The notes under the pieces were generated by a model. It was given only the letters and a program-made list of their open reading frames with translations. It made no database searches and was not told where the DNA came from. From the NCBI GenBank assembly GCA_964016885.1, contig OZ024742.1, forward strand, positions 63,240,001-63,304,000: 64,000 bases of DNA, written 5' to 3'. Numbering within the stretch: the stretch's first letter is position 1; each line of letters starts with the position of its first letter. A program made the translations under genes and the position numbers. This stretch comes from Eledone cirrhosa (Eukaryota). Shown here one piece after another: positions 1 through 12,015 of the stretch.

Positions 1-496
1 TGTATTACTGGTACCTTATTTTATCGACCCCGTAAGGAACTCAGACCATAAAGGGCCGTAACTCTTTGCTGCAAAGCATGGCATCAGACCCTCTACCGAT
101 ATTGCCAATCCACCGCCCTTGGTGGTAAAGATGATGATAGTGATGATGAGGATGATGATGGTGGTGGTGGTGGTGGTGGGGATGATGATAATAATGCTCA
201 TGGTTATGGTAATGATGACATTGATGATGGTGATGGGGGTTAGGATGGAGTGGTGTTGTTGGTGGTAATGATGATGATGAAAGACCGCCGGATCCGTGCT
301 CCACTACCAAGCCGAACCCACCCAAGTTTTTTCACGCCGGTCGTCGCCGAGTTCTCGGTCCACAAATTATCGTTTTCCTCCGTAAAATCAGGATGAGTTC
401 ACCCTACCCTAGGAAGTAACCCCGTGAAATAAAGTGGCTGATGCAGCGGGTGTCGATAGCTGGTGTTCGATATTTTGTCCGTGGGGTGCAGCTGAG

Positions 497-785
497 TTAT
501 ACCCACACTAATTGTAATGTTGTGAGTTTGATTCCCGGAACGTTGTGTACTTTATTTTACGTTGCTCCAATTTATTCAGCTGTAGAAATGACTTGCAAAG
601 TCACTGGTGCCAAGCTGTATCGGTCATTGTTTTTCTCTTGGTCAACAACGGTGGCGTGGAGAGGGGAATGGTATATATGGGCGACTGCTGATCTTCCACA
701 AACAACCATGCCCGGACTTATGCCTCTTGGTGCAAATCCCATGGTCATTCGTAATCGAAGGGGCTCTTTACCCTTTTTTACCAAT
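497..785 (+). mobile_element. SINE family B (other copies ~6850-7146 +, ~41672-41930 -)
   Basis: B-box-like GTTTGATTCCCGG, and shared body CAGCTGTAGAAATGA…CCAAGCTGTATCGG…GGGCGACTGC.G.TCTTCCACAAAC. Confidence 0.72.
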
Positions 786-1049
786 ACGAACAACACAACC
801 GTAGTATTAGAGCCAAATAAAACGTTCATGGACCATTTTTACTCCTGACACATCGGGCGTGTTAACTTCCTACAAAGGTCAACCTAAACCAATGACTTCC
901 GCCTTTTCACATATATATATATATAGTTCAAGAAATGACAATACAAATACAAAGTGTTATTAGTAGCACGCTTAGGAAGTAGAAGAGTGTTTAACGTTTC
1001 GGACATAACTCCTTCTTATAATATATATATATATATTTGATATAGAAAT

Positions 1050-1100
1050 GGCTTCTACATGACTAGAACTGTTTCATTCGGGAGAAATCATCAGGAAGCC
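1050..1100 (-). ncRNA. Hammerhead motif, same family as 7843
   Basis: GGCTTC-CTGATGA…GAAACAG…ATGTA-GAAGCC. Stem I covaries with the 7843 copy; one stem III mismatch. Confidence 0.75.
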
Positions 1101-1222
1101 TGAAATCATCTAGTCCTGTAGGAGCCATTTCTATATTAAATATTTATACTCTACTATGTATTGAATACTTTACTTACTGTGGTTACCCCCCACCCCCGCT
1201 CCGATTGAACCCGGGATAAACT

Positions 1223-1271
<49 letters not shown>

Positions 1272-1362
1272 CAAAGGAAATGTGGTAAGGAACCAGATGG
1301 ACCATAACGCACCAAAGTACTCAATACTTAGGGTAGTAGAGTGGGTAATAGGAACGAGTAGG

Positions 1363-1458
1363 ACCCCGACGGCTGAGCTCAAGCCGTTTCGACGGCTAAT
1401 TCTGTACTAAATGAAATTTTTTATCCTGGTACATGAATAGCCGAGATTCTCAGGGGGT
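1363..1458 (-). ncRNA. Hammerhead-like motif with long stem II and variant core
   Basis: ACCCC-CTGAGAA-(CGGCTA/TAGCCG, TTC/GAA, TGTAC/GTACA)-GAAA-CGGCT tgagctc AGCCG-TC-GGGGT. Confidence 0.6.
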
Positions 1459-1698
1459 AATTCCATATATGGTAAAAGTGATTGTCACAAGGATTGGTCA
1501 AAAGTTTGTTGTTGAGACACATAATTCTATCATAGCAATTTGTGGAACGAAGGGGTAGCTGAACCTGCCAGTAGAAGAAAGTGGGAGAGGGAGGGGAGGA
1601 AACCCAGCCGTGCGTTGATAGTGCCAACCACAGCAGGATCCTAAGGGCAGGAGGTATGTCTGTCTGTATGTATGTATGTATGTATGTATGTATGTATG

Positions 1699-3471
1699 TT
1701 CTTCTGGTTTTATAATTTCACAAAGTTTTACCAATAGAGAGAGAGTCGGTTTCTAACATAGACACAAGACTCTCTCATTGGAATTTACACAACATCAACT
1801 AGGTAGATATGTATGTATGCATGCATGTGTAGATATGGATGTTATTGTATGTGTGGATGTGTATGTTTTGAGTTGTATGTGTGCATGTGTATATGCTTTG
1901 TATCTGTACATGTGTATATGCAGTTATTAGATGCAACATTTTTGGAATGTTTTACATATTTTTACTGTTCCATTAATGGATTGTACTTGTAATTTCCTAA
2001 CTAGTTGTGTTCTTTCTGTTCCTGTGAAGCCTAGCTTCTCAAGATTTGTATTGAGGCAGTTACTAATATACCCCAGTGCCCAATAATCGCAGGCATAAAT
2101 TTGAAGGTGTAATCAGGGTGGAGTATCTGCAGATTTCTCATTAGTTCTGCATAAATATTCTCCTTTTCGCTAATCTTTGATATTATATTGGCATCTGCTG
2201 GGCAGCTAATTTCCACTACTGTGCATGCTTTCTTCTCCCTGTCCCATATCATAATATCTGGTCTGTTATGCCTGCATTTTATTGGGGTTTTTACTGGAAC
2301 ATTCCATCAGTACTCCTTCATATTATGTACATGGATGTCATCCACATTGCTGTAGCTTTTATTGTGTTTATTATCGGGGCTATCTTTTTTACGAACTGCA
2401 TTGTACAGTGTTTTAGAAAATACATCATGCCTCATAGGTAGATAGTACCGCAATGACATCTTTGGACAGCTGCTGATGACATGGGTGATATCCTCGATGT
2501 TAGTTCTGCAGAGTCTGCACTTGTTATCACATCTAGGTGTTTTGCCTGCATCCCTATCTCTTTTGTGAATCAGGTATTTCGTGCTAATCTCCTGTTCTTG
2601 GATTGCAAAAGCGTATCCTTCAAAGTGGGAGCCAATATAGCGGTTGTTGGTCCAAGATTACTCACACTCTGGAGCTTCCTGGCAACATATCCATGCATGA
2701 TCTTTTGCTGATAGGCATGCAGTTTTTCATCCATGGACTCACTGCGATACTGCTGAGCGACATCCCTGGGTGTGAGTTTTGATTATCACACAGGGAATAT
2801 CTCTCAAGGAATTCCTTCCCAACTCTCATGATCTTATCTGTTTCATGCAGATAGACTTGTTCGAGAAGCCCGCTGCTACGCTTCGAGGTTCATAGATGTT
2901 GTCGGAGAGATATGATGCGACACTCAAATGTTGTCTGGACTGATGTTAGGCCTCTGCCTCCCTGCTTACGTTTCAAGTAAAGGCGGTCTATGTCACTGTT
3001 GATGTGGAAGTTTCCGGTGTTGTTCAGTATTTTTCGAGTTCCAACATCAACTGCTCGGATTTCGTCTATCGTCCAATTGAGTATTCCAAACGTTGGTGTT
3101 AGGACAGGCACAGCAAACACATTGTGAGCCACTGTTTTGTTTTGCGCAGAGAGTTCCGATGACCAGATCTTTCTTAATCGGGTGTAGTATTCCCTGGTTA
3201 CGCGTTCTTTATTACAGATACCGTTATAGGATATGTTCTCATCTATCCCCAGGTATCTGTAGCAGTCCTCATCAGATATCGGTGAAACAGTTAGACCATT
3301 GATGACAATGTTGCTAGATTGGGTTGTTGTTTTTTCCCCGCTTTACAGTCATGTATGAGCATTTATCTTGGCCAAACTCCATTCCTATATCCTTTGAGAA
3401 CGTTGTAACCAGGTCAAGATTTTTCTTCATCCCATCCATGTTCTTGGCATAGAGTTTCAGATCGTCCACAA
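1699..3471 (-). mobile_element. R4/Dong-like RLE non-LTR retrotransposon, 5'-truncated, frameshifted, bounded by (CATA)n
   Basis: Minus strand starts FVDDLKLYAKN (RT catalytic motif). Then IDRLYLKRKQGGRGL, zinc knuckle CRLC…ITHVISSC, RHD, and RLE RPDIMIWD…VEISCP…KENIY. Confidence 0.9.
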
Positions 3472-3545
3472 AGTATGTATGTATGTATGTATGTATGTAT
3501 GTATGTATGTATGTATGTATGTATGTATGTATGTATGTATGTGTA

Positions 3546-4153
3546 TCAGGTCACCAGTTGGTGCTACTGGTAACATGTATCCCAGTACAACCTGTCTCAT
3601 GGTCGGGTCGTTGGCGACTAAACTGGCAACCCCCACCAAGGTTTCTTGGTGAGGAGGGTGACTTTGGACATCCTGCAGGACTAAAAACAAAACCTGTCAA
3701 AGGGAAAAGGAGCTCTTAAGAGTCAATGGCCACCCAAAATCACCGGGAGAGATGACCCCTTAGCCTTTGTCAAGGCAGAATTCTAGGAGAAGAAAAACTC
3801 TGATATAACACCTGCAGCCCTGATGGTATCCAATGATGTTGACTTGTTCTTCTTTTTGGTAAATATCATCTTGGTTAAGAGAGTGGGACTGGCTTTGTGC
3901 AGTGCCTTTGTTCACTATAAAAGCTTCACGGCACAGGCATTGCTTTATATCTGGAGATCTCTCTGCACTTGTCACATGGTACTATGGGCCCAGCACTATG
4001 TGTCAATAATTGTCAAGTAGTGTAGTGTTTGTACCAGAGTTTTCAATACGTTGGCTGGACTAAAAAGTCACACTCGTTCAGCGCATCGGTAGGGGTTCTC
4101 CTACATGGATATAAAGTAGTGGTCGTACTCGAAAACGAGTTGGCAGTCACCAT
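3546..4153 (+). mobile_element. ~600-bp non-coding interspersed repeat associated with (TGTA)n; probable non-autonomous RTE derivative
   Basis: Near-identical copies elsewhere in the window. Contains CTAGGAGAAGAAAAACTCTGA, reminiscent of RTE 5' UTRs; orientation is inferred from this. Confidence 0.75.
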
Positions 4154-4256
4154 GTGTGTGTGTATGAATGTATGTGTGTGTGTGTGTGTGCGTGTGTGTG
4201 TAATGCATGTATGTATGTGCGTATGTATGTATGTTGTGTATGTACGAATGTATGTA

Positions 4257-4321
<65 letters not shown>

Positions 4322-4821
4322 TACAGTAAATGGCTTTTATTTCATATGTATATATATGAAATAAAATCCATTCACTGTATGATGTCAATATAGATAAGTA
4401 CTGTTAGTGTTCTATCTAGACGCACATATATGTATATGGACTATCAAGTGCATCTAGAAGTGTTTAAATTCAAGCGTGTGTGTGCATACATATATATGTT
4501 ATGCACACATATCGCTAAGTGTGAGTGTGTGTGAATTTATATATGTTACTTTTTGTGCCCGTGCACGCATCTGAGTGTATGGTGCTGTTTAGCTCTGATC
4601 GTGCAGACTTGCGATCAAAATGTTACACTTTTGACCATCCTGTCTTGTATACCAGGGACTATATTGTTTATTGTGGCCTTCTTTTTCATTGAAATTCTAG
4701 AGGGGATATGTCCGTTACTTCTAATGTTTATATATTACGTCCCTAGTTTATGTGTATGCATATTTCTACGCGCATATATATTTACATATATATTTATGTA
4801 TATATGTATATATATATATAT

Positions 4822-4876
<55 letters not shown>

Positions 4877-5587
4877 AGAGGTGGGGGAGAGTTCAAGAAC
4901 AGACAAGAAAAACAAGTCGTATAGGTGTGTATATGTGTGAATGCAGGTACCTTTGTGTATATGTGTGCATGCAGGTGCCTATATGTATATGTGTGTATGC
5001 AGGTGCCTATGTGTATATGTGTGAGCAGAGGTCGAAGTCCCTATTACAAGCCTTTGCTAAAACGGGAAATAGATAGTCAGAGAAACGGGGAGGGGGAAGA
5101 GACGGGAGAGAGTGGGAGGGAGGGAGAGAGAGAAAGACAGAGAGAGTGACAGGTCCTAACAAGATCCGATAATATTTATAACAAACAAAAACACTCCTTT
5201 TCTTTAAGACAGCACTTCTCCACCACAAACCACTGTCCTAATCTACAACATGTAACTCCTCTCCTACTCTGTAATATCGTCTTTCTCTTACTCATGTATG
5301 TACAGATCTACCCCAGTTATACTCAAGTAGAGACACTAACACACCACCAAATACCCATCCCCCACCTCTCCTGTGTCTATCATAGCTAACACTACTACTC
5401 ACTACAGAGGCACACCCACCAAAGGCCAGTAGAGACATGCAGTGTTTAATTTAGGGGACAAGTTCTGACAATACAATTGAAAGAGGGGGCAAAAACAAAA
5501 TTTATTTATAAAAAAATTGAAATAAACGAAATATAGAACACAGGAAAATCTAGTGCAGTGTCATTGTTGTATATATGTATATATATA

Positions 5588-5666
<79 letters not shown>

Positions 5667-5846
5667 TATATACACATACATATATACACATATATATATA
5701 CTCATATATATACTCACATATATACTCACATATATACTCACATATATACTCACATATATACTCACATATATACACATACATATATACACATATATATATA
5801 CTCACCTAAGTGGACTGCATTTAACTATTATTTGTTAATCCGTATA

Positions 5847-5887
<41 letters not shown>

Positions 5888-5905
5888 ATATATATATATA
5901 TACTC

Positions 5906-5974
<69 letters not shown>

Positions 5975-6154
5975 ATATAATTTATATAATAATAATAAGA
6001 AGAGGAACACACGAGTTGGAATATCGTTTTTTTTCTCTCTCTCTCTCTCACTCTCTCCCTATATATGTATATATACGTATACATACATATATTCATACAT
6101 ACATACATACATACATACATACATACATACATACATACATACATACATACATAC

Positions 6155-6750
6155 ATGGTGGCTGCCAACTCGTTTTCGAGTACGGCCACTACTTTATATC
6201 CATGTAGGAAAACCCCTACGAGTGTGACTTTTTAGTCTAGCCATTGACTTGAAAACTCTGGTACAAACACTACACTTGTGACAATTATTGACACATAGTG
6301 CTGGGCCCATGGTACCATGTGGCGCAAAGTAAAGGGAGATCTCCAGATATAAAGCAATGCCTCTGCCGTGAAGCTTTTATAGTGAGCAAAGGCACTGCAC
6401 AAAGCCAGTCCCACTCTCTTAACCAAGATGATATTTACCAAAAAGAAGAACAAGTCAACATCATTGGATACCATCAGGGTTGCAGGTGTTATATCAGAGT
6501 TTTTCTTCTCCTAGAATTCTGCCTTGACAAAGGCTAAGGGGTCATCTCTCCCGGTGATTTTGGATGGCCATTGACTCTTAAGAGCTCCTTTGCCCTTTGA
6601 CAGGTTTTGTTTTTAGTCCTGCAGGATGTCCAAAGTCACCCTCCTCACCAAGAAACCTTGGTGGGTTTGCCAGTTTAGTCGCCAATGACCCGACCATGAA
6701 ACGGGTTGTACTGGGATACATGTTACCAGTAGCACCAACTGGTGACCTGA
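6155..6750 (-). mobile_element. ~600-bp repeat, near-full copy
   Basis: Reverse complement of 3546-4153, with (CATA)n on both sides. Confidence 0.8.
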
Positions 6751-7161
6751 CCATACATACATACATACATACATACATACATACATACATACATACATAC
6801 ATACATACATACATACATACATACATACAACCATACATACATATATGACTAAGTGGTTACAACGTTCGACTCGCAATATTGGGCGATGCCTTGTGTCCTT
6901 GTGTAACTTTATTTCCTGTTCCTCCAGTTCACTCAATTGCAGAAATGATTGGTAACGTATCTGATACCAAGCTTTATCGGCCTTTGCCTTTCCCTTGGAT
7001 GATATCAGTAGCGTGGAGAAGGGAAACCGGCATGCATGGGCGACTACTGGTCTTCCACAAAAACACTTTGCCCGGGCTTGTGTCTCGGAAGGCAACTTTC
7101 TCGGTGCAAAGTCCATCGCCATTCGTGACTGAAGAAGGTCATTCTTATTTATATATGTATG

Positions 7162-7211
<50 letters not shown>

Positions 7212-7212
7212 C

Positions 7213-7273
<61 letters not shown>

Positions 7274-7302
7274 CATATTTATATGTATATATATATATAT
7301 AC

Positions 7303-7377
<75 letters not shown>

Positions 7378-7434
7378 CATATTTATATGTATATATATAT
7401 ATATACATATGTATATATATATATATATATGTAG

Positions 7435-7496
<62 letters not shown>

Positions 7497-7570
7497 ATTT
7501 ATATGTATATATATATATACATATGTATATATATATATATATATATGTAGATATATATATATATATATGT

Positions 7571-7670
<100 letters not shown>

Positions 7671-7842
7671 ATATTTATATGTATATATATATATACATAT
7701 GTATATATATATATATATATGTAGATATATAGATAGATATATATATACACACACATACATATATATATATAGTTTTAATATAGATGAGATTCTACAGGAC
7801 TAGAAGTGTTTCATTCTTGAGAAATCATCAGGAATCATATCA

Positions 7843-7893
7843 AGATTCCTGATGATTTCTCAAGAATGAAACAGTTCTAGTCCTGTAGAATCT
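7843..7893 (+). ncRNA. Type I hammerhead ribozyme motif (inverted partner 7788-7836 on -)
   Basis: AGATTC-CTGATGA-tTTCtcaaGAAt-GAAA-CAG ttctagtc CTG-TA-GAATCT: stem I 6 bp, stem III 4 bp, GUA triplet. Confidence 0.85.
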
Positions 7894-7999
7894 CATCTAT
7901 ATTAAAACATTTATACTCTGCTATGTATTGAGTACCTTACTTACTGTGGTTACCTCCGATTCAACCCGGAATAACTTACCTATATATATATATATTAAT

Positions 8000-8186
8000 T
8001 GTTTCTACGTTTGGCACAAGGCCAGCAATTAACCAGTGCATTACTGGTACTTTATTTTATCGACCCCATAAGGATGAAAGGCAAAGTTAACCTCGGCGGG
8101 ATTTGAACTCAGACCGTAACGGGCCGTAACTCTTTGCTGTAAAGCATGGTGTCCGACCCTCTACCGATACTGCCAATCCACCGCCC
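8000..8186 (-). mobile_element. SINE family A
   Basis: Full-length match. Other minus-strand copies or fragments at ~1-118, 12452-12550, 18500-18668, 18955-19150, 47830-48025, 57867-57980, 63445-63570. Confidence 0.88.
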
Positions 8187-8188
8187 TA

Positions 8189-8328
<140 letters not shown>

Positions 8329-8590
8329 TTTTGCGAGGTTTTTTATATGAAATCGTGTGTCGAAACAGATATTGTTATACTTGGGGAGGGTCATATTTGC
8401 GTAATATTGCCAGAATTAATAACAGAACACACTCACTGTTTGGTTGGTTTTCGCTTCTCGCTGTCTTTTATTATATCTGCGATCTAACTTACTCGGTCCT
8501 CAATGTTGCCATTGACTGACCGGCGGTCAAAAATAATACAGATACAATATAGACACAAACACATATATATATATATAGTTTACATAATTT

Positions 8591-8630
8591 ACATAAATCT
8601 TTCGTTGCACATCTGCAACATCGTCAGTGG
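8591..8630 (-). ncRNA. Minimal hammerhead in PLE terminus (copies 37966-38008 +, 43721-43760 -)
   Basis: CTGACGA-t-GTTGCA gatg TGCAAC-GAAA. Stems I and III are very short. Confidence 0.7.
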
Positions 8631-8926
8631 TGTTATATTCATTGTTCCTCCTGTTGTGTTGTATGTCTACGCCATTTTTTTTTTCTTCAGTCTGTCTATA
8701 TATTTATTTATTTATTTATTTGCTTGTTTGTTTATCTTATTTTATTTTATTTTATTTTGTCTTCTTTGCGCATGCATTTGCGTGTGTGTATAGTGTTATG
8801 TGTGATGTGTGACTAGTGTGTATAGTGTTGTGTCTGCTGGGTGACTAGTGTGTGTTTATGTGCTTGTTGTTATTGTGCTTGTGTATATATTTATTTATCT
8901 TATTTTATTTAATTTTATTTACTTAT

Positions 8927-10390
8927 TTATACTTCTCTTAGGTCAGTGTTGTTTGTTTGGGTGTTGTTGTTGTTCCACTCATTCTTTCTGTTTAGCTTTG
9001 GTCTTCTAATTTCTATTTCACTGGCCTCTCTGATTTGCCTATCTGCTGGGTCATTCCTATGTTTAGATATTATTCTAATTTCTATGTTGTCTATGTTACC
9101 GTCATGTTGTTGTCTAGCATGTTCGTATAGTACTGACCCGTTTTTTCGTCCTTTTAGTTCCCCCCAGTGTTGGTCTATCCTTTCACCTATGCTACGAGCT
9201 GTCTCACCTATGTATGTTGTTGTCATGTTTCTGCAAGTACCCTCTGTACATCTTATGCTATAGACTACGTTTCTAGTTTTACAGTTTATCCGGGGGTTCA
9301 CCTTGCATATGATACACTTCCTATTGGTACAGTGGGTTTTCTTAAAAGGGTAGGTTTTGCTGATCAGGGATTTTATGGTGGTTCCTGGCTTTTCTACCAC
9401 CTTTATTTTTAAGTGGGTCTTTCTCAGGGCCTTTCTACACTGGTTAGCTAATTTCCCTCCAGGGGTGGCGTTCACAAACATGACACTCTAGTATCTCTGG
9501 TTGTCGTACCATGATGTGGCCTTCCCTATCTTAAGTCTAGCCCTATCTAAGCTATTCCATGATTTGCTCCTGTATAGTGGGCAGATTCCTTTCATGTCCA
9601 GTTCTATGAGGGTCTTATACTTTTCCATGGCTCCTTCGTATACTCTGACTCTGTCTCTTTGGTTGTAGCCAGAGAACTGCATGCGGTTGATGAAGTGTTG
9701 GATGTGTCCTTCCATTTCTGTTGGGTCGCACATGCTGGACACATTCTTCATCACTCGTACCAAATCTGCGATCAGAATATTAAACTTAGCACTACTGGAC
9801 ATTGCTGAGTTTTTGAGTATCAGGTATTTGGAGGCCATGGGTTTAGCATAGTGTGAGTGGAGAATTTGGGCTCTCTCGTCTATAGTGTTAATCCAGAGTT
9901 CTGTGTCTAATACAGGTAGTCTATTGTTAGGGTGTTTGGAAGGGAAGTCTATAGTTACAGTTATACTCTGGTGTATGGAATTAGCTATCTGCTGGATGCT
10001 TTCCATCGTGCTACGTTCTAAATCAAACTTGTTAGTGCTCTCTAGTGGGGGTGTTCTTATAACTATATTGATATCGTCTACATAACGAGAGTACATGATG
10101 AGGTCTATGGAGCTTTCATTAAGGAGATCTTTAAGTCTCCTTTCCCACCATACCATGAAAAGGTTGGCAACATCACCAGCTATGCTGACGCCGATGGCTG
10201 CTCCCTCATTTTGGGTGTAGATTTTCTCATTGAACTTAAATATGTGGCCCTTTAGGGTAGTTTTGATACTAGCTCCTATTGCATGTGCGACCATTTTTCT
10301 TACCTGATCAGTGTTTTGGGGGGTCCGTATGGCTTTGGTCCACCTAATCCACCTTCCTATGGGAGTCTTTTTAGCCAAAAAGACTCCCAT
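8927..10390 (-). pseudogene. PLE reverse transcriptase/GIY-YIG polyprotein interrupted by one in-frame TAG (9488-9490)
   Basis: RT: QNEGAAIG, YSRYVDD, LPVLD. Linker: CTNRKCIIC. Endonuclease: NVVYSIRC...YIGETARS...R...H...E...PKLN. The two ORFs are in the same frame (…NQRY*SVMFVNATPGG…). Confidence 0.92.
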
Positions 10391-10449
10391 CGAAATATAT
10401 ATAGCAGTAAATAAAGGATTATGAGTTCATGCAACTGACTTATGTTTCG

Positions 10450-10503
<54 letters not shown>

Positions 10504-10506
10504 TAT

Positions 10507-10571
<65 letters not shown>

Positions 10572-10815
10572 AGTAAGAATTAGCGAGAATCGAATTTCAG
10601 CTCAGGAATTAACGAAAAACACTTCCGAGTTGTGTGGCAAGCGCGTGATAATTCATATGAATTAGAGCTACAACTTACGTTAAAGGCCAAACACACTGAG
10701 ATGGTGGTTAAACTAATCATCCGCACAGCGAAAAAACGATCAACTAATTCGATCAACTAATATATATATATATATTAATAAACGAAAGATATATACTTTA
10801 TATCATCTCTATTTA

Positions 10816-10887
10816 TTTCATTATATATATTTCGAAGATGTAAAGGTTTATGTTTAACATAAAGCAAAACGTCGTCCTCAGATATAT
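10816..10887 (-). ncRNA. Hammerhead motif with (AU)n stem III
   Basis: CTGAGGA…stem II containing TTTATGTT/AACATAAA…GAAA-TATATA-TA-ATG. Confidence 0.6.
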
Positions 10888-11006
10888 ATTTTTTTAATGT
10901 CTTTCCACCACTCCCCCACACACCCTCGGAACTCTCTTCTCAACAATATCAGTATATACACTAGATTTGCTAGCAGAAAACCGCCCATCGGGTGGTTTTC
11001 TGCTAG

Positions 11007-12015
11007 TCTACTTATATATATAACCAGCAATTTCTCTGTCTGTCTGTCCGACAGTGGAAACACGTGCGTAGAGAGAGAGTGAGAGTGAAAGAAAGAGACA
11101 GACTACGAGAGTGAATAGACGCTAAAACACGTGCTACAGAAATATTACCTTCCCCTTCCTTTCTCCAAGAGAAACACTGTCGCTATAGAAACATTACCTT
11201 CCCCTCTCCACTGACTTTGGTCACTGAGGCCGAGGGAATCGCTGGTTGTTATAGAGACACCTTGCACAAGCCAGAAGTAACCAGTTCGAGGCGGTTCTGA
11301 CTTGACACCATGCGAAGAAGGTTGCCATTGAATTTGTGGTTTGAAGAAGGTTGCCATAGAATTTGTGGTTGTTGCTGCTGATAATAAGGACCATTTGAAG
11401 AAGGTTGCCATTGAATTTGTGGTTGTTTCTGCTGATAATAAGGACCATTTGAAAAAGGTTGCTGCTGATGAGGTAATTTAATAATCAGATTGCGCAGTTC
11501 CATAACCTACGTTTGATTTGTTCAATTTTTTTCTTCAATTTTTTTTTATTTATTTTTTTTTTATTTCTTATTGAAAAAATATAAATAATAAAATAAGGTT
11601 TGAAATTTAAATACAATTAAATACGATTTAATTTCCATTTCCAGCAGCCAATGTCCAGTGTTCAATTTCATGAAAAAATTGGAAATAATTAAAAAAATTG
11701 AAGTTTAACTTTTGAACATTTGTTTTGACAATAAAAAAATATTTCCTTATTCACACCTAATGGTATGATTAAAATTTCATAGGAATATTTTTTTCTAACC
11801 GCCAGTTATTTATTTTCTCCTTTTTCGTTTTAACATATATTTATTTCAAAGATTTCACCGTATAGATAACATATATATTTATACATGCATAAAAGACACA
11901 CCGAGAGACGGTGAACATGTGGTGCCGAAAACATTTCTCATCCAAATCTCAACAATATCAGTATATACACTAGATTTGCTAGCAGAAAACCGCCCACCGG
12001 GTGGTTTTCTGCTAG
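11007..12015 (+). mobile_element. Non-autonomous Helitron-like element, complete ends
   Basis: 5' TCTACTTATATATA…(CTGT)n. 3' GC-rich hairpin AAAACCGCCC-ACC-GGGTGGTTTT followed by CTAG|T. Internal short tandem repeats at ~11310-11470. Confidence 0.7.

Larger units (their letters stand above)
8371..10394 (-). mobile_element. Penelope-like retroelement, 5'-truncated: RT + Cys-rich linker + GIY-YIG endonuclease + 3' terminus with hammerhead
   Basis: ORFs 9488-10390 and 8927-9481 carry RT and GIY-YIG motifs. The terminus (GACCCTCCCCAAGTATAACAAT) is shared with three other copies in the window, and (TA)n tracts lie close to both ends. Confidence 0.92.

Noticed and set aside
3760-4020. Recurring 65-88-aa ORFs (…SAERSPDIKQCLC…, MVSNDVDLFF…)
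   Set aside because: They recur only because the 600-bp repeat is multicopy, and indels between copies ignore the frame.
9488-9490. Selenocysteine recoding in the PLE ORF
   Set aside because: The codon is TAG, not TGA, it is not at a Cys position, and I saw no SECIS by eye.
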